Assembly: GCF_947568905.1 (NCBI RefSeq)
Contig: NC_079170.1
Span: 34,100,001 to 34,164,000 of the forward strand
Source: Ostrea edulis
Taxonomy: Eukaryota
Direction: 5' to 3'
DNA: 64,000 bases
Of this stretch, positions 11,964-24,114 are shown in pieces. Under the pieces are notes generated by a model, which was not told the DNA's origin, did no database searches, and worked only from the letters and a program-made list of their open reading frames with translations. Positions within the stretch are counted from its first letter, which is position 1. Every line of letters begins with the position of its first letter. The translations under genes and the position numbers were made by a program.

Positions 11964-14900
11964 TTATCTTACTTTACAGTTCAACAAGTTCCGAATTCGC
12001 GATCCTTCCACGCGGAAGTTTTTAAACTTCAGACTGTGTGACACGCGGGGACTAGAAGAGAACATGTGTATGAAAAACGAGGACATGGCCTTAATTCTGG
12101 ATGGTCACATTCCACACAACTACACGGTACGAATGTTTACATTTTCCAAAGTTTTTATGACAAGCGGTAATTGTAGTAAGGCCGAAAGCCGAAAGTCCCG
12201 GATAACGATTTTTGCTTGATTTCTCTCTTAATAGTAGATAGAATGACATCAAGCTGTTTGCGATAACTGTTTGTGACCTAACAAACAAGAATCATATGAC
12301 TTTTTCTGGGAATACCACAAAGAAGGTACTGAACCAGAGTTTTCATATACCAAAAAATAGTAAATCTAGTACGTTTTATAAATGCCGAAACCTGAACACG
12401 GTCGCTAATCATGCGATCTACCGAAAGTCCGCGTTTTAGCATTAAATATAGACAATATTAAATCAGACCAAGTTCTAGAAATCTGTAACTTGAATAAATC
12501 GCACTTGCATACATGAGACATTTATATGCGTAATTTATTGTGTCACCCTACATATTATTTGTAATTATACATGTGTAGTACACGCATTCTTTTGCAATAC
12601 TTCAATCCACTTCGATATACGCCATAAATAGTGTGCTTCTTTTTAAACTTCGGTTGTTGAAGCATATTGGCTCTTGAATTAATAGAATATTTTATTATTC
12701 AATTATTATTTAGATGCTGTGTACTGTAGGCTGTGAATGCATACAAAGTGTAATTTAAAGTAGCCCCATGTAATTTATCGAAGAGAAACGACAACTTTCA
12801 ACATTATCATTTCAATATCAAGACAATTAAAGACTGTATTATCATAATTCCTTATTCTTTTTTAATCAAAATAATAAAATATTGTAAAAGCACACTTTTT
12901 GGGTTACATTATTTACTTTAGGGAATATAGTTTCTTTATTTTCGGAGTATAGATTTTTATTCAAAATGGCATGGCTCTTCGGTGAATGGGAAACCTTCGC
13001 GTGGCCAGAGCTGGGCAACGGAATCAATGATTAATTTTAATCATTACACATTACCGACAGATATTCTCAACTATCGTTTCACATGTACGCATACGCTGTT
13101 TAGGTACGAATTTACCAAACTAAGGGGACCTACTTGTTCCGATTAAACCAATATCACGATCACAAAATACAGAAGTTTTTATTATTCTGTGTTGTGGAAA
13201 TAATCATAGAAACATAAAATATAACCTTTTAAAATATTTTTGCATGAATTAGATTACTAGAACCCAGTATTTACAAAAGGGCTGTGGAAATTGGTCAGTG
13301 TCCTCGACCGTGTTTGGGTTATAAAACGTACTAGATTTACCGCTTTTTGGCAAGTGAAAACTCTGGTTTGGTACGTTTGTAGAGGAATTCTAAGAGAAAG
13401 TTTATATTTTTTATGTACTTAGGTTACAAACAGTAACCTCCCGCAAATTGTATGTTATTACATTCTGCATTAAGAGAGAAATCTCGAAAAAAAAATCGCT
13501 ATCCGGGACTTTCGGGTTTCGGTCGTACTACATTTACCGCTTACCAGTTCTTATATATTTATCAATTGTAATGATAACCATTTGCTCATGAGCACGCTGC
13601 ATTAGCAAACAATACGCCTATTTTTCGACAGAAATGAAAGTATAATATGAATATAAGAAACCAATTTCGAAGTTTCACCGCCAGCATACTTTTCATGCAG
13701 CGTTAATGCTAACGCACTCATACTCTTGCATTAAAATGCCTGATGTCTTTGTCTTGGATTTATTGATTGTATTTTGCTTAACGTCTCGCTTTTTATCTCA
13801 TATTGAGACGTCACCAAGACCGGTGAAGGGCTTCAGATTTAGGCCTATGCTCGGCGCTTACGGCCATTGAGCAGTGAGGGTTCTGTGACACGGGTCATCC
13901 GTTTTAAGGTCATCTCCGAGGACCCCTGACATTCACACCTAATGCTGAGCGTTTGGCGATGGAACTCTCACTACCTGTTTTGACGACTTAGGTCTGTCGC
14001 GGCCGGGATTCGAGTCCTGACCTTCCGCATGCGGGGCGAACGCTCTAATAGACCATGGGCCAGTAACACATTACCCCCCCCCCCCTCTAGGAATTTTTCT
14101 ACACTATGATTTTTTGAAAGTGTGTATAAAATAAAGGTAAATGAAGGTTGTTTGATAAATTTATGTTGGGGCGTTTTCAAGATATGGCCATTTGAATTTA
14201 TAGAATTTTTGGCAAATTCAACATGGCTGTTACGGTGTTCCATACCGCATTAAAGACGACACATTGTAAACACAAACAATGGGATAGGGACTTCCCAGAG
14301 AGGACATTTGTGAGAAATAAGTATAGAAAATAGAAGACAGTGTATTAAGGAAAGTGAAACATATTTTTAAATGTCTACAAATTCATGTCTCACGAAATTA
14401 TACAGTGTATACTACATTCCCAAAATAACATATACCTATTAACATGTTCAATACTAAATATAATAAACAGTATGAAAAACTGTTCATTCCTAGATACTAT
14501 AATCCATAGACCCTATCTTTATATGATATATATACAATCTTGAGTTAGTAAATATAATTTTCAACATAAAAATCGTTGTCCACATTTCCATGTCTCACAC
14601 GATATATCTAATGTATGGAAGCCCATAAATGTGTATAATCAATAAAAAGAAAGCACATGGATTACTTTTGAGTATACAATGCAAAAATGGGGGAAACCCT
14701 GATAAATAATGCCTCGAGTATTGAGAATATGACATATTACAAACAATAAACTAATTTATGAATAATTTAGATTAATGAATTGTATTAATCTACAATTGTA
14801 AAATAGATAAATTTATTGTCATATGTAATATTGAACACCTTTTCTTCAATTTTCAGCTTACTTATAAAGAAGTCACATAAGACAGAGTCCCAAGAATAAT

Positions 14901-17511
14901 AAAGGCATAAATTGTTTACTAGCTTTAAATGGTGCCTTGCATGGTTTCTATCGCTGGTGTTATAATAATTTACAAATATCAATTAGTTACTAGGAGTAAA
15001 ACTTGAGCATTGACGAAGTTGCGTTGAGTCAAGTGAACTGTAAGACTAAGAGACATTCACTCAACCTGTGTTCACTATCGACACTTTCCCCGCCCATAAA
15101 TGTCTGTTCTGTAATGAAGAAACTCAAGTACAAGGAAAAAACACAAAATTGTTAAGTGTGTGACAAAAACAGTAGAAGCCATTTAAAAAATTCTGCATAC
15201 AATAAAAGTGACTATAACCTAATAAATTAGTTGGTTGATTGTATATTGTTTAACGTACTGCTCGATAACTTTTCACTTATATGGAAGCGTCACCATCGCC
15301 GATGAAGGGCTGCAAAAGTTAAGCCTATATGCTCGGCGCTTACGGCTATTGAGCAGGGAAGGATCTTTATCATGCCACACCTGCTGTGAAACGAGACCTC
15401 GGTTTTTCCGATCTCATCCAAAGGACCGCCCCATTTAGTCACCTACATGTATTACAATAAGCAAAGGGGTGCTGAGGATCTATTCTAATCTGTATTCCTA
15501 CGGGACAATGGTTTTCTTGCCCCATTATTCGCCTCTTACGAAAAGCAAAAGGTACTGAGGACCTATCCCTTCTAACCCAGATACCCAAGGGACAAGTATA
15601 AGTAAAGTTCAGTATATTGATTTGTTTGCTAAAGGGGGGGGGGGGTGTTTTATCCAACTTGTAGAAAAACGTACACTAAGTCCGGTGATCTAAACAAGTC
15701 AGAACCTAATATTGATATACTTCTTGAGCAACATGGAAAGGCATTTGACTTTATCCGAATATATGGAGATAAATATCGTGTATAATTATGTGGTTGAAAG
15801 TATGACAAAGCTCAGAGAGAGATACTTGTCATTTATCCCGATTCAAATAACAGTGATTACAAAACTTGAGACCTAAATAAAAAAAGTACAAAGAAAATTT
15901 GGTAGCAAAATTGAATTTCAGAAAACTCCAAAGGCGAACTTATATACTCTGCATGTGTTTCTACTGAATTGAGTCTGTATTTGCGTTAGCCCTTTCAAGT
16001 CAAAGAATCTGCCATGATAATCAAAAGGCAGATTTATGATTGCCACAAAATTGTCATGCAATAACTTACCATGGCCATCTCTACATCATCTCTGAATACA
16101 TGTGTATATACTATCTCATTGCATGTCTCTCTCAAGTCGTATCAGACAATCCATCTTATTTTCAATGGCAAAAAGGTTTCTCAAATCGTACTATCAGGAC
16201 ATATGTATCTCAGCTATGGATGGCAAATGGATATTACCTAAGCACCTCACGTTTAAAATGACTATGCACCATCTGATGAGAAGTACTAAGTTAATTACAC
16301 TACCAAACATGTTATGTCACTGTAGATTGATTGATTGATTGTATCTTGCTCGAGAATTTTTCACTTATATGGAGACGTCACCAAGACCGGTGAAGGGCTT
16401 CAAATTTAGGCCTTTACTCGGCGCTTACGGCCATTGAGCAGTGGGGGTTCCTCAGCATGACACACCTACTGCGACACAGGACATCCGTTTTTAAGGTCAT
16501 CTCCGAAGACTCGTGACATCCACACTTGATGCCGAGCGTTTGGGGATGGAACTGTCACTACCTGTTTTAACAACTTAGTTTGTCGCGGCCGGTTGTAGAA
16601 GTTACTCACAGACTCAAGAGTTTGAAACTACTATTTGCAATGCGATCACAAATTCTGGATTAATATTGCATGCAAGAATATCTCTTACCAATAACTCAGT
16701 AATTCATATACCTCGCCTTAATATCAAACAACTTGATATATAAACAAGGGGTTAAGTTCGTTAATGCAAAATACATTTTTGCAAATGTCCATATCGTGTT
16801 TGTACGATTCTCAAGTTGTTCCATTTTTAAACAATACTTTAATTACAAATGTCACGAGTTTGCCCCAAAACTTGAAAAGGTCCCATTGCATTAATGTCAA
16901 ATAATTTTTTCACAATTCAAGGATTACATACTTTCAAAAAATTAATTGTTTTCAAAGGTCCATATTATTTATAAATGATCTGAAGAACTTTTCAATTTTT
17001 CGGCCATTTTTAAAGAAAAAAATCATGTTTTAGCACCAGAAGTCGTAAACATCCCCAATTATTTATGCCAAACATCTTGTCAATCGAAGGGTTACATAAG
17101 TTCACATAATACTTGTTTGTAAATGTCAATGACATCTATATCGGATGTGAAGAGGTTTTTTTTTCCCCGTTTTCGGCTATTATTTTTACGAATTTCTGGT
17201 TTTTGCCCCCAAAATCTAAAAGGTCTCAATGTTAACAATTTGATTTATAGTTAAAGGGTTACAGACTTTCAGAAAATAATTGTTTTCAAATGTCCATGTC
17301 ATCTGTATAGGATCTGAAGGAGTTTTCTATTTTTTGTCGATTTTTAAAGAAAAAAAAATCATGTTTTAGCCCCAAAACTCGTAAATGCCCTCACATATTT
17401 ATGTCAAACAACTTTATATATAAACAAAGGATTATATTCGTTCAAAAAAGACTTGTTTGCAAATGTCAATGACATCTATATCGGATCTAAAGAGTTTTCC
17501 CAGTTTTTGGC

Positions 17512-17561
<50 letters not shown>

Positions 17562-19024
17562 TTCATGTTTTTTGCCCCAAAACTCGCAAACGCCCCCACG
17601 TAGAAATCTCAAACAACCTGATTTATAATCTAGGGACTATGTACTTTCAAAAAATACTTGTTTGCAAAAATCCCTAGGGGGGTCCCCCATTACCTTTACT
17701 AGCCCATGGTCTATAACCTCTCGGCCACTGCGGCGGTATTACTTTGTCTTGGATATCTTTACAAATTCTAATGATAGTCATGTTCTCATGAATGCACAAC
17801 AGTTGTGAACAATGCACATATGGATCTTGATAACTATAGTATGATTGTTTCAACACCTGAGGATTCTCCAACAGAAATGAAAATAGAATGTAAATATGAA
17901 AAATGTCGTTTTTGAAAATACATGAGGGTATGAACTCCAACGCTTCACGTCGCCGTATTAGAACTTTCCATAAAGAACTAACGCACTTCGTGAAGTATGC
18001 AAACGTTAAGAGTTACAGTTATGATATATTTATTTCTGTATAAATGAATTGGATATCTGGAAGTATCCTTACAATTTAGAAATCTTTCGTGTAGTTGAGT
18101 TTTATTTTCTGTATATTCACGTATTTAATTTAATCAATGTAAAATGAAGTCAAAGAATTCCTTTGTTAAAGTTTAATCCTGTTGCCCAAGCCTCAAATGA
18201 CGTGCCAGGATTTCACAAACAACCTACATCAAAGGACAAAATACACGTGATCGTTTTTGTAGTGGATGGAAGCACGGTAGATGTGATGCCCGAAGGAGTT
18301 CTAAAAAAAAAAATAAAGGACATAAAATGCATGGCAATTGACAGAGGTAATCTTTCTCTGATATTCACCGGTTACGATTTGACAACAAAACATACTATTA
18401 TTTTCCTTTTAGCAACGCATTATTTCGTTTATTTGATCAAGATATAGGGCTCAGGACGCATTTGACCTGTCAACAGATCAATGGGGGTGCTTACTTCTGA
18501 TGTGCCCAGGGGTTCGTGTTTGTCCAACTTTTTATTTTGAATTCTGTAGTACATTTACGATTTCACTTTCTGTGTATGTTTTGGTTGATAAATTGATTTT
18601 CTATCGAGAATTCGCGTCGATAGATTAACCAACGTTCCTCGAACTCATGTTAAGCATTGAATACATGGTATATCATCAGCAGTTTTTATAACATTTTGTA
18701 CTTATATTTTATGTAGGAATACCACTACTCGTTTACATTACGAAGATCGACAAAGTTTGGCCATTGGTTGACAAAGACGTCACAGAAGTCTTTTTTAGCA
18801 GACCTGTAGAAGAAATGGTGAACAAAGTGGCTGACGTCATCGCTATTCCGAGAGCACACATTCTTCCGGTGAAGAATTACGAGAATGAGGGCTGCTTGAA
18901 AACTAAAATCAACATTTTGGCCTTGAAAGCTTTGAAAATGGCTCTGTTTGCCGATGATTTCTTGGAAAATCAAAGTGAGCTACAACTACTACAACAAACC
19001 AAACGTCTCAATGTAAAAGACTAA
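8621..19024 (+). CDS. IFI44L: IFI44/IFI44L-like protein copy A (TLDc + P-loop GTPase-like), 6 coding exons, 469 aa
   Basis: join(8621-9143,9582-9640,11573-11770,11980-12126,18172-18346,18717-19024) = 1410 nt, all GT-AG, frame intact. TLDc motifs LLYK..HG...FHELCD.KGPT and YGGYT; G1 GQIGAGKSS, G3 LCDTRGLEE, G4 TKID, C-terminal FADDFLENQ. Confidence 0.92.
9582..9640 (+). CDS. IFI44L: IFI44L-like copy A exon 2 (DGPEESITVPWRDPPGWKSQ)
   Basis: CAG acceptor, CAG|GTACC donor; homologous to copy B exon 2 (PWRDPP motif). Confidence 0.88.
10124..10261. repeat. 46-bp minisatellite, 3 copies
   Basis: GACTTTATTTTTGTATGGGGTTGACCTATATGTACTATGACAAATT starts at 10124, 10170 and 10216. Confidence 0.95.
11051..11394 (-). 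mobile_element. Decayed Penelope-like 3' fragment
   Basis: Reverse-complement match to 6410-6788. Confidence 0.8.
11424..11516 (-). mobile_element. SINE fragment (structured-head, Meta-core family)
   Basis: Reverse match to 37930-38010. Confidence 0.75.
11573..11770 (+). CDS. IFI44L: IFI44L-like copy A exon 3 (P-loop)
   Basis: NVLLVGQIGAGKSSLLNT; 198 nt, same length as in copy B. Confidence 0.92.
11980..12126 (+). CDS. IFI44L: IFI44L-like copy A exon 4
   Basis: FRLCDTRGLEE...ILDGHIPHNYT; not in the ORF track; 147 nt, same length as in copy B. Confidence 0.92.
12162..13542. mobile_element. MITE / non-autonomous DNA transposon with ~120-bp terminal inverted repeats
   Basis: AAGCGGTAATTGTAGTAAGGCCGAAAGCCGAAAGTCCCGGATAACGA... 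at 12162 is the reverse complement of ...TCGCTATCCGGGACTTTCGGGTTTCGGTCGTACTACATTTACCGCTT ending at 13542. No ORF inside. Confidence 0.85.
13765..14048 (-). mobile_element. tRNA-head SINE with Meta-like core (5' end displaced to 17714-17737)
   Basis: Minus strand reads TTAGAGCGTTCGCCCCGCATGCGGAAGG...CGAATCCCGGCC; the A-box part ACCGCCGCAGTGGCCGAGAGG lies beyond the inserted element; (AATC)-like tail. Confidence 0.85.
15228..15590 (-). mobile_element. SINE (structured-head, Meta-core family) plus a second head fragment, nested in the Academ-like element
   Basis: Reverse match to 37908-38166; partial repeat at 15515-15590. Confidence 0.8.
16326..16592 (-). mobile_element. tRNA-head Meta-core SINE, 5'-truncated
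   Basis: Match to 13765-14010 with a GATT/AATC tail. Confidence 0.85.
16730..17670. repeat. Degenerate ~170-190-bp tandem array (about 6 units) next to the right TIR of the Academ-like element
   Basis: Recurrent TTGTTTGCAAATGTC(A/C)ATGACATCT..GGATCT(G/A)AAG and CATGTTTT(A/T)GCCCCAAAACTCG motifs. Confidence 0.75.
18172..18346 (+). CDS. IFI44L: IFI44L-like copy A exon 5
   Basis: FNP...KDKIHVIVFVVDGST; donor AG|GTAATC. Confidence 0.9.
18438..18570 (+). mobile_element. Decayed Penelope-like 3' UTR fragment
   Basis: GATCAAGATATAGGGCTCA...CCAGGGGTTCGTGTTTGTCCAACT. Confidence 0.65.
18717..19024 (+). CDS. IFI44L: IFI44L-like copy A exon 6
   Basis: GIPLLVYITKIDK...HILPVKNYENE...FADDFLENQ; stop TAA at 19022-19024. 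Confidence 0.92.
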
Positions 19025-19644
19025 ATTCTGAAGCCTTATTGTTAGTTAGACATTCATATATCTTATAACCCAAGCCACGTCCTAATATAAACGCGTAGCG
19101 GCATTTTTATGCTTCTGTACTTCTGTACTTTTGAAGATCTAAGGTTAAAAAAGTCATATCTGTCGAGAATCTTAAGAATTCAAAGATTATTTCAATTTAT
19201 AGCAACTCTATTCACGTAGACAGTATGTTATCATTGTAACTGTACTTTGTGTATGTAGAATAGAAGGCGTGATATCCAGACTTAAGAATGCCTGTGTGAT
19301 TAGCACACTGTAGATTGTCAATTTAGATTTATGAGGTTGATCATGTTTCGTTATATTTATCCATATTTTTATCAACATATTACCAAAACAAAGGAGATTA
19401 AATAGAATAGATTTGTAAATCAAGAACTAAATGCTAATATTACATCACAGATGACCTTGCCGTCTGATACAAATCTTTGAGTTTCTTTCACGTTAACATG
19501 TTAGAAATCTATAAGAAAAAAATCAATCAATAATAAAACATGTTTCATTATTTAACGTGTTCTTATGTTTAGAATCTAACGTTGAATTAGTATCTATAAT
19601 AAGATATCATGTACATGCAATTATCTGTATTTTATGTATTGGTG

Positions 19645-19954
19645 AAAGGTGAAGATAACGAACAGTGATCAATCTCATAACTCCTACAAGCAATACAAAA
19701 TAGATAGTTGGGCAAACAAGGACCCCTGGACACACCAGAAGTGGGATCAAGTGCGTAGGAGGAGTAAGCATACCCTGTCGACCTGTTACACCCGCCGTGA
19801 GCCCTATATCCTGTTCAGGTAAACGGAGTTATCCGCAGTCAAAATCAGTGTGCCAAGAACGGCTTAACAATCGGTATGAAACACGTCAGACAGCATTTGA
19901 CCCAATGATAGGTTGTATTGACGAACTAGATCGTTATAACGAGCATAGAATTTG
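19645..19954 (-). mobile_element. Penelope-like 3' fragment
   Basis: High-identity reverse match to 6478-6785. Confidence 0.88.
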
Positions 19955-20346
19955 ATACTGATAGGTGAGTATCGGAACATGGAGACTTCGTGCGAGCTAC
20001 TAACTACTTGTATTCATCATCTACTTTAACGTCAGTCTTTCATATCAGCCAACAATTCTTTTACCACTCGGGATATAAGCAAGGACGACATCTAAATCAG
20101 TTTTTGTCTCTATTCAAGCCATTGATGTAGTCTTTCTCTCCTATGTATAGTTAAATCTATATCATTTCTTTATTACCTGGTTACCCTTCTTCCACTGATA
20201 TCTACATGTTTGAGATTGGACGAGTCTATGTCAGAAAAGTTATTGGATTATATCAATATTGGGTCATCAAAATGGGAAACGAAACGCAGATAAACATTGT
20301 AAATGTTGCCTTACAACTTGATATACATACATGTGTGCAGTGCTTA

Positions 20347-20883
20347 ATTATGTCTCCCCTTTTTCATGGGGAGACATATTGTTTTTGTACTTTCTGTTCG
20401 TCCGTCTATCTGTCACAAAATCTTGCGAACGCTTATCGGATATATTTGAAGCTTTGTATAATGTTTCATTGTCATTTTTAGATGTTCATATTGTCGGGAC
20501 AGGAGGATCCAATTCTCGTAAAACTTATTGTGGATCTAAGAGGGGTGGGGATGTTAAAATAGATTGTAAACGCTTTTCCTTCTATATGGCTTGTCCGATA
20601 GATTTGAAATTTTGTACGATACTTCAATGCCATTTGCAAATGGGCATACTGCAGGGACAGAAAGATATAACTGTTGCCCTTAAAGTTATAGTGGATCTCA
20701 GGGGTGGGGGTGTAAACTAGTTTGTGAACACTTCTATATGGCTTATCGGAGTTCATGTCTATGTTCCTGGTCATGCTTTCTCCTCGTTGCCATACACTAC
20801 ATTAAAGGGGGGGGTCATTTGGAGCACTTTCAGTTTGGGGAGCTGGGGAGACATTCGTTTTTCATACAAAACAATATCTAGTT
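20347..20883 (+). mobile_element. Helentron-type non-autonomous element (HINE) with internal ~150-bp repeats
   Basis: 5' palindrome ATGTCTCCCC/GGGGAGACAT, GTCCGTCTATCTGTC microsatellite, repeated CTTCTATATGGCTT units, and a 3' GGGGAGACATTCGTTTTT...CTAGTT end as in oyster HINEs. Confidence 0.75.
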
Positions 20884-22020
20884 CTATATATGTTTATAAC
20901 TGTGGTGATGTAATTATGACATAACGTGTCAACCTCGTTTAGTTAGCATCCGATTCAAGATGGTTGTCTGCCGATTGACTACTATTTTCATTTTACCAAA
21001 TTTCTTGAATATCACGACTCTTATAACTCATCTCTCAATGGGAAATGAAAGACAATTTCATTATACATCTACTGTGTTCTGTCATGGAATTGTGCCCCTG
21101 TTTTTCAGAATGGATGAAAAAATTACCCATTTTTAATTTATTTTCTTTTGTCTATGCTTTCTAAAATTAGAGTTTATGGGGGGGTGCAATGATTTCTTCT
21201 GAAAATTGATGTTTTCTAAGTAAGAAAAAACCCTCAATCTATTAGCATTGTTTTACGAGTCATTCTGTACAAAATTGAAAATCGGTTGCATTATGTTCGC
21301 AATGAAAGTATCCATCCGATAACTAGTATCTGCATGTGTATTTGTTGATTTCGAAGAGAACGCTATCACGATCTTCTGTCAATAAGATACTGTTTACAAC
21401 TGTAGTCCTTGAAATAAATCACGAACAGTTGAAGATTTTCAAATTTATTGTCATTTGTCGAATATATTTTAACTTTTCTTTTGAGTAAACAAGACCTGTT
21501 CAGGATATTTATCGAGGTCATTTAAAAGGCCTGTAAAATGTTGACGTATAGACCAATTTGAATCTGATAACAGTCAATAGGGAATTTACCCTATCCTCAG
21601 TGTTTAATATCCTCCAGCATTCAGATCATGTTTAGTTTTGGGCATAAAAAACTCTGCAGAGAGAAATCTGAATGCAAGATGATATTAAACATTGCATCCA
21701 TAGTAAACACGGCCCAATGACTAATATTACAGCATATAGATATTAGGACCCAAAATGCAAAATCATCATCACCCAAAATTGTGGTGCTGAAACATTTACT
21801 ATGGATGTACTGGTAAATAGTTCATTTCCTACAAATCACATTTCAATCATACATAAAGGGTGGGTGGGTAAATTGAAGTGACTCATCATCATCATCATCC
21901 ATCCCACTGGTGTATGCTACCTACAAGCAAGCATGGATGTCTAAAGAATGACTAATACGTCACATGTACTTCCGCTTAGATATTAACCAATGAGGCTCTT
22001 ACCCTATCCTCAGTGTTTAA

Positions 22021-22342
22021 GGATGTATGCTACACCAGAGAAATTTGATGTAGATGAAAAGTGGAGGACATGTACAACAGTATTTTGAAGTTGAAAATGT
22101 TCAAATTCACTTTATTTTGTTAAAAAATAGTTTTAGTAGAAGGTAATCTGAAAAAAAATTAAAACCCCTGCTGCACTCGAACCTGCGACCTACAGTTCAA
22201 CAGTCGGTATTCTACCCTACTGAGCTACTCGGCTAGGTATTTAAATGGAAAAGGAAAAGTCAAATATTGCTGATTTAGATTTTTTCATCCATGTTTTTAA
22301 AGGAAGTCAGCCATTACATGTATGACGATGTAGAGTACTACC
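22021..22342. mobile_element. Kolobok-type MITE, 322 bp, TTAA TSD
   Basis: TTAA|GGATGTATGCTACA ... TGTAGAGTACTACC|TTAA; an empty paralogous site with a single TTAA at 21604-21607; tRNA-like segment inside (22165-22240, minus strand). Confidence 0.85.
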
Positions 22343-24114
22343 TTAATATACTCCAGCATTCAGATCATGTTTAGTTTTGGGCATAAAAAACTCTGCACTT
22401 CCTCAATCTTCCTCTTCCATTCAATCATTTAAACAAAACTACAATATCCTTTTCCCAATACTCAAAATAAAAATAAAACAATCTATTATCATGTCACCAT
22501 TGATTACTTCCTCTGTGCGAGGTAAATGGGTTGTAGGCAAAGGGACTCTTCCTTCAAGTGTAATCCATGCCGGTTGTTCCCTACTCTTCACATTCATAGG
22601 GTTGAAACCACTATTCAACTCCCAAGTCGGAACTTTCGTGAAAAACATACTGTCTGGAACAAACTTCATTCTCTGTAAAATTATAATCATTGATTATAAT
22701 CTTACATACCTGACAACACAACCAGCACTAATCACACCGAAAGGAAGAATGCCTTCGCCTACAACCCACGTGAAAAATCACTAGGGCATCATTGTCCCTT
22801 GGATTACAAGACAAAAGAATTCATTCCTCTCCCGGTAAATTTCACATATTTAAAAACTCATATTTTCCAACAGTATAAGATCACGTAATGAATGCTTTTA
22901 AATACCATTCAAAGCACAATGAATAAACTTGAAGATTCATAACTGTTTCCACCATGTAACCTATACACCAGTCAGTGAATGCACGTGCTACTTCAATACT
23001 TGCCGCCTTTATAAATAATGACCACCTAGGTCAATTTCAAAAAATGTCCTGAGGCTATACACAAAAAAAAAACTCGTAAAACCAGCGATATATGTAAAAT
23101 AATCAATGTATACTTCGCCACCTAGGCCTGCAACGAGAACTACCAAGGTTCACAATCGAACACTCAGCCACCAAGGCAATTGACACTGCTCACCTAGGCT
23201 AAACACGAGACCACCTAGGTATGTAAAATTATGGCCACCTGGGCCTAAAGAGAACCACCAAGGTTCCGCCACCGAGGCAATAACATATAAAATTTTTAAT
23301 TTCCTTTCCTAATATGTTGAGCGACTCGACCAGCAAAATCCCGACGTCTGCAAAACACGTCCTTCCACGAGCATGGATGTCTAAAGAATGACTAATACGT
23401 CACATGTACTTCCGCTTAGATATTAACCAATGAGGCTCTTTATATCAGATCGCAATTCATGAAGTTTTCATTCGTTATTCACTTGAAGTGGTTATTATTA
23501 GAGTGTTCAAGAGAGTAACTGGTTTTTGTCGATTTGTGCGTGAGCGCGCCAACTTTAATATCACTCACCTGTTTTACCATTGAAAATCCCAACGTCTTAA
23601 AAGACGGACGCGAACATTATTGTTTCATGGCATTTGTTTATTTGATACAAATTAAAATCTTCTCGATTTACTAGTCTATCTCACATTATATGAATAGTTT
23701 GATTTTAAAAAAAACATTAGACTATTTACATTATAATTAATATAATTATTGTCACTTTATAATTCCAAGTGCTGTTGAACTTGTATGGGTTATTTTTATT
23801 ATTGTATATTTCAAGTGTCTTTCCATCAATAATTCAAGTAAACCAACTCCATCGACATCTCGCATCTACAACTGTATCTTTGAAATCTCACTGAAATCGG
23901 GAAGCTTTTTTTCTTACATAAATAACATTTGAATTTCTGTCGTCCAACATCGATTGAATGATTTTTCTTGGCACGAATCAACCTTTTTAATATATATCCA
24001 TGGTGACATTCAAAGTGACAGTTAATTACTAAACTTTTACTTGTAAAGAAACTGTAGAAAAGGTTTAGAGTCGGAGTGTTATAAGTATTTTAACATTATG
24101 ATTCATTAAGATCA

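Larger units (their letters stand above)
14049..17713. mobile_element. Non-autonomous Academ-like DNA transposon, 3665 bp
   Basis: 18-bp TIR TAGACCATGGGC(C/T)AGTAA with one mismatch; 3-bp TSD TAA (14046-14048, 17714-17716); removing it rejoins the SINE head. TAG termini with a 3-bp TSD fit Academ; superfamily is inferred. Confidence 0.8.

Noticed and set aside
22165-22240. tRNA-like segments (also 14010-14048, 25255-25345, 35600-35690, 49555-49590, 60890-60950)
   Set aside because: A/B-box remnants inside SINEs or MITEs; no complete cloverleaf with a paired acceptor stem.
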